Positions 11,470 through 23,614 of a stretch of DNA of 45,896 nucleotides are shown here, piece by piece (the first letter of the stretch is position 1; each line of letters starts with the position of its first letter). The position numbers were made by a program, and so were the translations under genes. Under the pieces are notes generated by a model. The model was given only the letters and a program-made list of their open reading frames with translations, was not told where the DNA came from and made no database searches. The stretch lies in NCBI RefSeq assembly GCF_001194135.2, contig NC_069003.1, positions 27,513,533-27,559,428 on the forward strand, given 5' to 3'. Source of the DNA: Octopus bimaculoides. Taxonomy: Eukaryota.

Positions 11470-12696
11470 CCATGCAAACATATTGCAAACATAAAACCTT
11501 TAAAACATACAAATATTTCAAACCTGTCCCCTATCTTAATATGATCCTTTCTATTCCGCATGTTTTACCCATGTATACACTTATCCAAATCAAATTTTCC
11601 TCTGTTTCCGACATGTGTACTCGATGATACCTATACCGTTCATTGAATTTATATCTATCTTGTTACCTAAAGCTTTTAGTTTTAACGCATTGACAAATCT
11701 AATTTGTAGAAGTACTGTTACTTTTGTGAATTACAACTAAACCTTAACAAACTTATATTCCTTATTTTTGTTTCACCACTGTTATCACTATACTTATTAA
11801 TGTTTGATCGCTTATCCTTTTTGTTTCCTTTCATACCTCACTCATCTCCATTAGAGCCTCGAACCACCGCAGCTTTATATGTAGCAATCTAAACGTATAT
11901 TTCATTAGTAACGTTAATTATTTCTTTATGTGCTTCCTTACTTTCCCCAACTCTATTAATTTCTTATCTCTCTTAACAACCGAACTAAACCATTTTTCAT
12001 CCTAAAGGAGTTTAATCATTTTAAATCGCATTAACAAGTGATACATTTCAAAACGTATCTTTTACTTTATATTTTGAATTTAACTCTTCTAATTATTTTT
12101 ATCACCCTTTACAATTCTAAATTATCTTAATCATCTAAATTATTTAAAGTGTTTTAACTCATTTTAAATGTGTGAATCTGGATATAAAACTTCACAAAGC
12201 TGCCCGAGGGATATTTCTTGAGTCATTTCAAGGATATCAATAGATCTGTTGTTTATCGCTTACCTTGCCTTAAACATACTTTCCCGTGGCTTTCTTTCAT
12301 TCTCCAAGTCACACTGTTCTAATAACTTCTCCTCCTTTCGTTCTACTCCCCTTTTCTCTCTTTTCTCGCTTATCAGTTTCCACCTTCCCTACATCTTCCC
12401 CACCTGATCATCATCATCTCGAACCGCGTGATCCCTACATCTCACTCTCGAGTGTCTGTAAATTCTTCCATCAATTTGTTGTCCCTTTCTTTTTCTCTCC
12501 ATTTTACTTCTTCATCTCCCTTCCTCTTCGTCTAATCCTGCTACCAAGACCTCTCTCACTAACCTAGCAGTTACTCTCCATTTAACCTCCGGCATTCCCT
12601 CTTTCAATTTGTTTGACTTCGACACTGTTATTTCCAATATATTATTATTCAGCTTCTCCCTCGCTTTCTCTGCCGTTCTCTACCTCTTCCTCTTTG

Positions 12697-12756
<60 letters not shown>

Positions 12757-13754
12757 NNNNNNNNNNNNNNNNNNNNNNNNNNNNNNNNNNNNNNNNNNNN
12801 NNNNNNNNNNNNNNNNNNNNNNNNNNNNNNNNNNNNNNNNNNNNNNNNNNNNNNNNNNNNNNNNNNNNNNNNNNNNNNNNNNNNNNNNNNNNNNNNNNNN
12901 NNNNNNNNNNNNNNNNNNNNNNNNNNNNNNNNNNNNNNNNNNNNNNNNNNNNNNNNNNNNNNNNNNNNNNNNNNNNNNNNNNNNNNNNNNNNNNNNNNNN
13001 NNNNNNNNNNNNNNNNNNNNNNNNNNNNNNNNNNNNNNNNNNNNNNNNNNNNNNNNNNNNNNNNNNNNNNNNNNNNNNNNNNNNNNNNNNNNNNNNNNNN
13101 NNNNNNNNNNNNNNNNNNNNNNNNNNNNNNNNNNNNNNNNNNNNNNNNNNNNNNNNNNNNNNNNNNNNNNNNNNNNNNNNNNNNNNNNNNNNNNNNNNNN
13201 NNNNNNNNNNNNNNNNNNNNNNNNNNNNNNNNNNNNNNNNNNNNNNNNNNNNNNNNNNNNNNNNNNNNNNNNNNNNNNNNNNNNNNNNNNNNNNNNNNNN
13301 NNNNNNNNNNNNNNNNNNNNNNNNNNNNNNNNNNNNNNNNNNNNNNNNNNNNNNNNNNNNNNNNNNNNNNNNNNNNNNNNNNNNNNNNNNNNNNNNNNNN
13401 NNNNNNNNNNNNNNNNNNNNNNNNNNNNNNNNNNNNNNNNNNNNNNNNNNNNNNNNNNNNNNNNNNNNNNNNNNNNNNNNNNNNNNNNNNNNNNNNNNNN
13501 NNNNNNNNNNNNNNNNNNNNNNNNNNNNNNNNNNNNNNNNNNNNNNNNNNNNNNNNNNNNNNNNNNNNNNNNNNNNNNNNNNNNNNNNNNNNNNNNNNNN
13601 NNNNNNNNNNNNNNNNNNNNNNNNNNNNNNNNNNNNNNNNNNNNNNNNNNNNNNNNNNNNNNNNNNNNNNNNNNNNNNNNNNNNNNNNNNNNNNNNNNNN
13701 NNNNNNNNNNNNNNNNNNNNNNNNNNNNNNNNNNNNNNNNNNNNNCACACACAC

Positions 13755-14254
13755 GGAGGCACAATGGCCCAGTGGTTAGGGTAGAGGATCGCGGTTTCGA
13801 TTCCCAGATCGGGTGTTGTGTGTGTTTATTGAGCGAAAACACCTAAAAGCTCAACGAGGCTCCGGCAGGGGGTGGTGGTGACCCCTGTTGTACTCTTCCA
13901 CCCCAACTTTCTCTCTCTCTTTCTTCCTGTTTCTTGAGTAAAGCTGCGATGGAATGGCGTCCCGTCCAATTGAGGGGTGGGGAACACATACGCCATAGAA
14001 ACCGGGAAACCGGGCCCATGAGGAAGACACTTTATTTCACATTTCTCCAGTCCACTCAGTTGGCAAAAACGAGTTGTACCAGTAATTCAAAGGGCTCACC
14101 TTATCACAATCTGTATCAAGCTGAATCTCCTTGGGAACTACGTTCAGGATACGCGTGTCTGCAGTGCACAGCCCGCATGTGCGTTAATTTCAAGAGCAGG
14201 ATATTCTGTAAATCAGATCAACTAGGACACTCGTCGTAACCGACGGAGAGCCAG
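13755..14254 (+). mobile_element. Chimeric SINE: family B head, extra internal modules, B/C-type tail
   Basis: Head matches 32349; 13940-14090 absent from other B copies; tail ...TCGTCGTAACCGACGGAGAGCC. Confidence 0.8.
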
Positions 14255-16039
14255 GTAAAAATATACATGTGCACACACGTATACATATACATATACCCTA
14301 TATATACACAAGCAAAGCATGCACACAACATATTTAATTTAGCTTCTCAAACTGCCTTTGTCGTGTCCCATTCAGAGTCTCTCAAAATGTCTACCATGTA
14401 CTATTCCTTCCTTCACCAATCAGCTTGATTTAAATACAATCTTTCAGCTGCCTTTCTACAGTTATATACAAGTGTGTTCGAGTTTAACCATTTTTATTGG
14501 GGATTTTTTTCCATATTTTTCTTAGTCCTTTATAATTCGCTTCAAAAAATAGCGTTCCCATGCCCATTAACGTTTCCAGACCTTGGTCTTCTCATAGGCG
14601 CTTTCATTGCTGCAATAGTTTATAGTAGACAGCAAGCACCAGGAGAATGGCGTTATAAACTCATAAAACCATCTTTTCTGGATTAAATAACGTAATTAAA
14701 TGTTAATACAGAATAAATTCATAGTTTATTACACAGAAGCTCTCCTCTTTCTTCCTTTCTTTCTTTCTTTCTTTCTTTCTTCATGTGTTGACGCGTTGGT
14801 TTGTATTTCGTTATTGATAAAACTGCCATAGCTGATCTTTTAGAGTATTTTTATATGAAATTCTATATACGTTTTAGTAGTCAGTTTTGTTTCGTGCTGT
14901 GTATTGTCATATGCTGCAATAACCCCTTGGATTTAAGGGTTAAAAGTTTCCCGTGTGGTTATGGCAACTTTGCCAGTTACAACATAATTCTCGTGATCCT
15001 TGCTGCTTACAAGGACAAAAAAAAAAAAAGGCTGAGACAGAAACGATCCAGGAATAATAAGTTTTAGGAACGTTAATGCTAGAAAAGAAACATAAAAAAA
15101 CAAAGATACACGAAAAAATGATTAATAGATAAATAATTAGAATCGCACTCGGTCTTCAAAATAACGTACGTTTGAACGAAAAATATTTTTATATGCATGT
15201 ATCAATATATATGTATATGTATACACACACACACACACAATGTAGACGTATGTATTTGTGCATATATATATATATATGTAGGTAAGTATGCATGTGTACA
15301 TGGTACGCAATCATACATATACATGTATATATATATATATATATATATGTGTGTATGTGTATCTATGTATCTGCGTATGTGTGTATTTGCATGTGTGTAT
15401 GTGTGCTTCTATAACTTTAGTTCTTGTACACAGCTCTGTTCCAATATCCTGTTCAGATCAGCACAAAAATTGCTTCCCTTTGCCATTCCTTCCTTCCTTC
15501 ATTCACCACTAATAACACTACCTTGCATATGTAACATCTTTGCACTTCCTTTTAACAGAAATAATCTTAGGTGAACTCTATTTCACAGAGGTCTGTTCGT
15601 TTCGTACGATAGAACTTGGTAGAAAATATCGTGTATTATTTCACTTTGAAACCTTTTCGTTCCAAGTTCAAAGAATGCCAGTGTCAACTTTGCTGTCGAT
15701 CCATCTCGGGGTGCAAAAATAGCACACCCGTTTAACGATTTGTTACACCGTCTCCTAGAATCCGTGATTAAATGTGAATGATAGGACGGTGAGTAATTAG
15801 TCTGATGGTATCAACTTACATTCCTTCTTGTCCTCCTTTTCTTTTGCTCAGTTAGAACCAATGACCATCGATGACCACCGATCGATCCATCCATCCACTA
15901 ACCCATCTATTCACTCATCTTCTCAGCTCGATATTCCTGAAAGGGTCGTGAGTGGGTAGAGTTGTCAAGGCTCCAATCAGAAGCAAATGCCATTACACTT
16001 CCCGGCTGGTTTCCCAAGCCCGACCACCTGAGACGATGG

Positions 16040-16416
16040 TAGTAGTGGAGGTGGTCATGATCATGAGGACAATACTGAGGATGATAATGGTGATGATGAT
16101 GATGGTGATAGTGATGGTTGTGATGATGGTAATAATGATGGTGATGATGAGGATAATGATGATGAGGATAACGGTGGCAGTGGTGATGAAAATGTCGGTG
16201 GCAGCAAGGCTGCAACTGCTGCTGCTAATGATGTTGATGATGATGATGATAGTCGCGCTACTGAGGATGGTGATGATGTTGATGATGATGATGATAGTCG
16301 CGCTACTGAGGATGGTGATGATGTTGATGATGATGATGATGATAGTCGCGCTACTGAGGATGGTGATGGTGATTATGCAAATGATGACGGTGCCGATGAT
16401 CATGGTGATGTTATCT
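16040..16416 (+). repeat. Degenerate (GAT)n tract with three 45-48-bp units
   Basis: AGTCGCGCTACTGAGGATGGTGATG at 16251, 16296 and 16344. Confidence 0.9.
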
Positions 16417-16862
16417 AATTCGGCATATCTCGTTCTGTTTTTCTTCTTTTTTCTTCTTTTCTTCTTTTCTTTTTGTGATCCACCATTGCCCATCGTCCCT
16501 GCGGTCTACTTCGTGATTTCCCATCCCTTAATGGAAATGACTCTATTTTTGAGTACTTCCGTAAATTACTTCAGACACACATACAAAAACAGACACACAT
16601 ACACAAACACACACACTCACACGGCTACAGGATTCATTTGTATATCGATATATTCCTCATATTCATATATGTATGCGTGTGTGTATGTATATATATATAT
16701 ATGTATGCATATGCATATATATATATATATATATATATTTATTTATATATGTGTATATAGACGTATATGTACATACACATACGCACATATATAAAAGTAT
16801 ATATACATATGTCTATAATATTATTCGTTTCTGCATACACATTTGTATATATGATTAAATGA

Positions 16863-16913
<51 letters not shown>

Positions 16914-17039
16914 AATGATAAAAGTCAATTACATTATTGTTCTTAAATGCCAAGTATAAATCTGCTATTGAAGGCTACAGTACATAACCACTCATAGGAA
17001 GATCATGACAATAATAATAATAATAATAGCAACAACAAC

Positions 17040-17079
<40 letters not shown>

Positions 17080-18318
17080 ATTCTATATAACTGTACTTAG
17101 TGCATTTCATTGTTTTCGCAATTTTGTTAATTTCTTGTGGAAGAATTTTGCCTTCTCGTATTCTCTTCTGTTTCTCGCAGGATTTTGAAATTATTATTAA
17201 AAAAAGAAGAGCATAAAAGAAAAATTAAATAAAATGATAGAAATACTAACAAAAAAAAGGAAAAAATTAAATCTCAAAAAAGCGAAGAAGAAATTTGAAA
17301 AATTTAATGACCAAATTTTCATTTGGATACTCTGACAGCCGGTAAAAAGCAATTTCACTTTAAAAGCATCTTCTACATAATTTCGAAATGAATCCATTTC
17401 TATTTGAAAGCTTATCCATCGCGAATCAAAAGTTTATGACACCTGAAAGAACCATCCGATGCAGGTTGCTGTTGACTCAGAAGAGAAGGAAAAAAAGGAA
17501 CAGAAACTAAGAAAAAGGAGGAAGAGAAGGCGAAAGAGGAGAAGGAGGAGGAGGTGAAGGAGAAATAGGAGTAGAAGTGGTAGTAGTAGTAGTAGTAGCA
17601 GTAGTAGTAGTTGTTTCTCTGGAGAATGTCAGAATGATGTAGACTCCTCTGATGGGAACTCAACAAGTTTCGAATATCGATTAAATTTGTTCATTTTTTT
17701 TTTCAGTCTGCGGAGAAATGGCTAAAATTTGCCCTGCTTAAATGTCCTATAATACACAAAATGAAACAAAACTAGATAGGAAATCATTAGTATTCAAAAT
17801 ATACTCAATAAGATTCCTCTCAAAATAGAGGATTAATCATGAAAGCTATACTCACAACATAGTGCAAGCTAAAATCAACATACATTAATCATAGCCAAAA
17901 GAACGTGTCGTACCGGTGTTATATATTTATAAGGCTAACTATAAAACATTGAAATCCCCGAAGGAATATCAAAACCATTTGATCTGATTGCCATAAAGCG
18001 ACAGCAACACAGATGGACATCAATCACTTCATTGAAAGTATAAAAACGGGAAGCTCTAGAAACGTTGACGATACATTTGGGAAATTTGCTGTCCGAAGTA
18101 ATCTATAGGAATGTCGTATAACAAAAATATATAAAAAAAAAAAGAAAACTTACAGAAGATAAGGCTAAAAAGCGGTCATGTGTTAATAGATGTATAAAAG
18201 GAAGTTGTTCCACTGATATACATGCATATATGCTTACATATGTTTATATACAGGTATATATATATATATATATATACATACACACACATACACATATACG
18301 CGCATATATTTATAATCT

Positions 18319-18368
<50 letters not shown>

Positions 18369-18759
18369 ATCTCGTATATATATTTGATGATTTTCTTAAA
18401 AGTTATTAACTATTTTAAAATGTTTATAAAAACAGAATGGCACGAAACTTTTTGAATGAACTTTTCGTATTGTGTGAGTGCTTTCGTTGTTCAACTTTTC
18501 AAACACACGTGTTTATACATACATACATACATACATACATACATACATACATACATACATACAGATATATATGTATGTATGTTTGTATGTATGTACGTAT
18601 ATTTATAAAACGTTACTAATAAAAGCAAGTATTATCTTAAATAGATATTCAACTGAACAGCTAATTACTACAACAATATTTTAGAAAATAACTATTTCAA
18701 AGAAACAGTGTTTCACACTTAATGTGATGCAGGCTCCGAGAAACTAAAGCAAAATATAA

Positions 18760-19508
18760 AACACAACCGTACCAAACCGTATTGGTTTAATCGGGTCCGC
18801 AGCCTGAAAGTCGAATCTAGCATAGGAAGAAACTTTTTGAATTTAATCTCAAAGTATTTCTCTACCGAAAGTTAATTATAAATGTTTTTAACCGCAAACA
18901 CATTAAGGTGAGCTACAGCTGTCATTCTAGCGACAGTCACATGATCGCAAATAACGTTTTTAATAATCACCGTATTGCTGTAAGATAGGTTCTCAAACGT
19001 GACCACCAGGTTACGTGTGTGAAGCTATCTCACAAAAAATTCGGTAGATAGCTATCCTGATATTTAGAAGGGATATGCTCTCGATATTGACAACCGAGCT
19101 ATTTAAAACCTTTGGATCCTATTACATTGATCGCAATTGCAATTCTGACATGATAGTTTAATAAAGCTACAGTGATTTCTTTCGACCAAAGTTCAGAAAC
19201 ACATGAAAACACATAAAAGCTGTAAAAGACCATTAAAAACCATTATATCTTTAAAACCAGCTTTAAATTTGTAGTATCAGCAGCACCTTGATGTCAAACT
19301 ATGCGTGGCATCTAAAAGAGAGGCATACTAATTTTTTCGGCTCATTAACAGAAACTGCATAAACAGAAACTCGACTGCATAAACAGAAACTCGACTGCAT
19401 AAACAGAAACTCCGTAATCTAATATTTACTAAAACAACAGACATAGTAAACAAAACATCTGAGTTCATGTACGAGTGCTGTCATGAGAATAAATATCACC
19501 TCTTTTAA
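18760..19508 (+). mobile_element. Decayed Penelope-like element (Naiad-type), RT-EN linker and GIY-YIG endonuclease
   Basis: Across frameshifts: YWFNRVRSLKVESSIGRNFLNLISKYF / FNRKHIKVSYSC / IV(Y)KATV / SNYAWHLKER / VNKTSEFMYECCHENKY, in the order of the recalled consensus WFNPP..IG..FL.LI.KHF, FNRNT.K.SYSC, IVYKA.V, SKYIW.LK, NKRSE...CRH.NK. Confidence 0.75.
19347..19412 (+). repeat. 20-bp tandem repeat (~3.3 units)
   Basis: AAACAGAAACTCGACTGCAT at 19361 and 19381 plus partial units. Confidence 0.95.
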
Positions 19509-20653
19509 TTATAACAAAACATCTGAAGCAGTGGATTAATTTTCAGTCTATGCAACTGATTTTGAAGGCATAGTTACAACACATTGTATGGTCTCACGTA
19601 AGCAGCCGACAAATCTGTTGTGGAAGGATCCTGACTACTCCCACGTGACCGAAAGTGGACTTACGCATTTTAATGAAATAAAACACTGGCAGTTGATAGT
19701 GGGAAGTAAACAGCGTTGATCGTTCGTATTGGATTAGTGTTAGTTTAATATCGCACCTACGTTTGGTTTAATACGGAGCACGTTCCTTGTGAACATATTA
19801 ATTCTGTGAAAGGTTATTCTAGATAAACATATCCAAATATTTATTTGGGTAATACTATTCTACACCAATCTGCACCACAACGTCGTCATAACATTATTGG
19901 CGACGAGATATACAAACTCCCGAAGACATAACAAAATCTGAAAAATATATTCATTGTTGAGAGATTTTGTTCATTGATAGAGAAGAATGCAGTTTATTTA
20001 CTTACTGTCAGTCAATTATTTTGTTCATCTCTGGTGAGTGAGCTAATTTTTTAGAGACATATCTTATTTCGATATTTTAATATTTTCAAACATAGACAGT
20101 GAAGAAGAGAAGCTGAATATGATTATGAATAAGAAACCAATACCTGAGCTGGTTCAATAGCGTTAAAGCATGAAAATAATTAGAAGATTGCAAACTGCGT
20201 GCAACACCAAGAAAAGGGATTGTGTAGTTCTTCTACAAAAAGACTTGCTTTCAATGTTTATTGTTTTCTGGTTCTAATGAGAATGTGTGGGTAAGATCCG
20301 GGTATTGATATTTGCATAACTTGCATAATTCTGTGAGTAAATCTGAGAAATCTGCTGTGTATTGTATCTCAGTGATAAGGCTTTTGTTCATAATTTGTTT
20401 TGTTCATGCCTACTTCCTAAACCGGATGATTATTTATGACACATGCCTGATATCATACATACATACATAAGAATTCATAAACTTCAAGAAAACATGAAAT
20501 AATTCTTCTTCGGAAAGCTGGATCTTGAAGCAGACATACTGCAAATAATAGCGTAGAGAGAATTTACAAAAAAAAAAAAAAAAAAAAAAAAGACGAAGAC
20601 GGGTGTGTAAACAACAAACAGATGTATTAGCTCAATGCTCGGGAAGTGAGAAA

Positions 20654-20693
20654 GCCTTTTACGTTTCGAGTCTACGCTCTTCGACAGAAAGGA
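20654..20693 (-). ncRNA. Minimal type I hammerhead-ribozyme-like motif, A6>U lesion
   Basis: Reverse complement: CCTTT CTGTCGA A GAGCGTAGACTC GAAAC GTA AAAGG; stem I 5 bp, loopless ACGT stem III. Confidence 0.55.
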
Positions 20694-20995
20694 ACACAGA
20701 AATAAGCAGGGAGAGAAAATAGAAAAAGGTTTAGTGGCTATCGATCTATCATCGAGCAGCGTTCGACTATCTAAGATGTTTATTAACCCAATACTCACAT
20801 GGTACTATTTATAGCTTATCTGCTTCAAGAGCTGACGCTAAAAAGAAGGCTTATATATATGTAGGTGTGTGTGTGTATGTGTACGCGCGCGCGCATGATT
20901 AAGGAGAAAGCAGCGAATAATTCGTTTTATTACATAATTTTGTATTTTTGGTAAATTCTCAGTGCATATATATATATATATACATGCTTATTTTG

Positions 20996-21029
<34 letters not shown>

Positions 21030-21053
21030 TCTTTCTTTTGTTGTCCTTCCTGT

Positions 21054-21125
<72 letters not shown>

Positions 21126-21142
21126 AACACACACACACACAC

Positions 21143-21174
<32 letters not shown>

Positions 21175-21739
21175 GTGCACGGTGGGGACCGGCGTGACCG
21201 GAGCTGCATGGCTGAAACGAGTAAAAGAAAAAAATACACACATATACTCCCAGAATATCCGATATTACCTTAGATAAAACGCAGCTTTAATTGATCAAGT
21301 GTTATTCTTATGTAAAGTGTTTTCGATTCGAAATATTAATTTTTACAGAAGAAATTTAATTATTTTCGTCAATGTTCATAGAAGTCCCGTGTGTAATGAA
21401 TGGACTGTTCTTCAGATACTTACTTAATATGAATAGTTTGTTTCATAATTTAATTGTGTAAACGACATAAATCATCAAATTGAAGTGTATTATAAAAATA
21501 CACGGTTAAGTGAATAGTTTAATTTCATTTAAACTATTGTGTTGCAATGCATCTGGGATGCATTATACATTATATTATTCTCTCATAGTTTTAATGGTGC
21601 TGTCTTTGTATTTTAGAATGATGTCATGTTTTCCAATATGGCTCCGCATTTATGACAGGAAACTCGTTGTATTCATGTCCATTGAAACGATGTGTGTGCT
21701 GCTAAAATGATCTTTTCTGCTCATTAATGACAACTCTGT

Positions 21740-22700
21740 TTCAAATTCTAAAGTGGATGCCGACTCCAAGACATACTTGAGATTCCTGACACAGCTGTTC
21801 TTTACATGAACCATATTGTGAAGTTTAAGACTCAAATTAAACGCTAAGCCAGGGAAGATGAAAAGCAGGCCCAGTGCAAAGCATTCCACCATCTCAGATC
21901 ATACACATCTGGACCAGGAAATCACACACAGAAGGAGAAGAGCTGGTGCTTCATTTGGCAGGATGCAGGAGAGGCTGTGAAAAATAGGCATGTTTCTTAT
22001 TTCTTTATTGCCCACAAGGGGCTAAACATAGAGGGGAAAAACAAGGACAGACAAAGGGATTAAGTCGATTACATCGACTCCAGTGCGTAACTGGTGCTTA
22101 ATTTATCGACCCCGAAAGGATGAAAGGCAAAGTCGACCTCGGCCGAATTTGAACTCGGAACGTAATGGCAGACGAAATACCGCTAAGCATTTCACCCGGT
22201 GTGCTAACGTTTCTGCTAGCTCGCCGCCTTACCTAAAAATAGGCATGTTTCTATACGTATCAAATGTAAGATATACCCGGCTATAGTGATTTTCCCCCTG
22301 CTGCATGGAACTGAAACCTGGACAGTCTTTAAATCTCAAGTAGACATGTTACGTATATAAATTATGAAACAGCTGCGAGGAACCATGACTATCATTCTCT
22401 TTTACAAAATCAGGAACGAAGAGTTCCTGCGGCTTATTGGTCTCTCTCCTGTGATGGAAATCCTCATTGAGAGAAATTTACTTTGGGTGGGCCACGTACA
22501 CGGGATGGACAACAATAGACTCACCAGACGAATCCTCTACTCCCAACTATCCAAGGGTAAAATAAACCATGGAAGACCTAGACTGAAATTCAAAGGCACT
22601 GCAAAAAAGGAACATGAAGTGGTAAGGAATTGATCGTAATAAATGGAAAACTCAAGCAAAGAACCGACGAGTATGGAGAAAACTTACCAAGTCATGCCAT
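21740..22700 (+). mobile_element. Decayed RTE-clade LINE (C-terminal RT and downstream region), interrupted by a SINE
   Basis: With the SINE removed it reads LDQEITHRRRRAGASFGRMQERL(W)KNRHVSIRIKCKIY..PLLHGTETWT..LLWVGHVHGMDNNRLTRRILYSQLSKGKINHGRPRLKFK, typical RTE motifs, with a stop and a frameshift. Confidence 0.9.
21998..22234 (-). mobile_element. SINE family A with alternative tail and 18-bp TSD, inserted in an RTE LINE
   Basis: Reverse complement gives the family A head and body, then tail AATCCCTTTGTCTGTCC...GTGGGCAATAAAGAAAT; identical AAAAATAGGCATGTTTCT at 21980-21997 and 22235-22252. Confidence 0.95.
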
Positions 22701-23350
22701 AACCATGAACAGTCATAAACCGCGACGTCTGTTTGCAGATAATAGATAATAACAACTGCAGAAATCGGGGATGTTCCTTGGGGAAGAGCTAAAGTGAATC
22801 AATATTGCGGTAAATTTGCCCTTACATTTTAAAAGTTGGCATGAATTCCACTTCTCTGCTGATGTTGTTTCTAAAGAAAGTCATATGGAAATCTGTATTA
22901 TATTTTCTGAAGCCTGAATTCTTCAGTAGCGGCAGTAAGAAGGTGTCTTCGAGACTCTGGTTGAACAGAAAGGTCTAGTAAATTAACTCGCTACATGTAT
23001 ATGTATATATGTAGAGAGGCAGATAAAAAATATATATTTGTTTCAGTTATTTGACTGCGGCCATGACGAAGCACCGCCTTTATATATATATATATTAGTT
23101 GAAATAATGAAGTCAAACCAAATAGTGGAACAAGACATTGCATTTCTCTCTTGTTTCCATTTCTTGGTCAAGCGCATGTCACAAATTTTGAAGAAGGTAA
23201 TGACTGAAACTTTTTTCAGAAGCATAGACATGTCCACTATCAAAGATGAAGACACTAGTTTTCTACGGTTCGTGTGTGCATGATCGAGATCTAACGTCTA
23301 CTTGTCTTGGTTCTTGAGCTTTCCGCCTATCCAGGCTCTGCTGTGGGGTT

Positions 23351-23614
23351 TCATGAAGCCCGTGTGTAGTCTGGTAGTATTCTGTTGAAGGCGTGCCTGT
23401 TATTCATGCGGCATCCCGAGTAGTATATGGACAGCCTGTCTGGTAGCATTCTTCCAACGGTATCACGATCACTAGCAGCCTCAGGTTTTCTGCGAGTTGC
23501 ATTTCTGGCAATATTAGCTGGTAATCTTTGTTTCAGCTGCGCTGAGAGCACGCCTGCGTTTGGCAGCAGAGAGTTGTGTAGGCGGAAACATCTTTTCTGT
23601 AACTTATTAAAATA
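23351..23614 (-). CDS. Candidate terminal coding exon of an unidentified gene (87 aa + TGA)
   Basis: Acceptor TTTTTCCTCCCCAG; unique, ~50% GC; YFNKLQKRCFRLHNSLLPNAG...PDYTRAS*; no homology recognised and the antisense frame is also open. Confidence 0.3.
   Translation of the reverse strand, partial: YFNKLQKRCFRLHNSLLPNAGVLSAQLKQRLPANIARNATRRKPEAASDRDTVGRMLPDRLSIYYSGCRMNNRHAFNRILPDYTRAS

Noticed and set aside
11480-12290. Possible very old RLE-type LINE on the minus strand (GGRG-like at 11853-11873, GIIE-like at ~11625)
   Set aside because: Needs several frameshifts and the motif order is inconsistent.
16032-16416. ~128-codon Asp-rich open frame (DDDSRATEDG repeats) resembling acidic biomineral proteins
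   Set aside because: (GAT)n is trivially open in two frames; there is no start codon or acceptor, and similar tracts occur throughout the window.
18055-18080. RNVDDTF, one substitution from the RT motif YVDD, upstream of the PLE
   Set aside because: Single short motif with no other RT motifs recognised; spacing to the WFN motif looks too short.
19347-19412. CRISPR-like look of short repeats here and at 6342 and 38571
   Set aside because: Tandem units without unique spacers, no cas genes, eukaryotic context.
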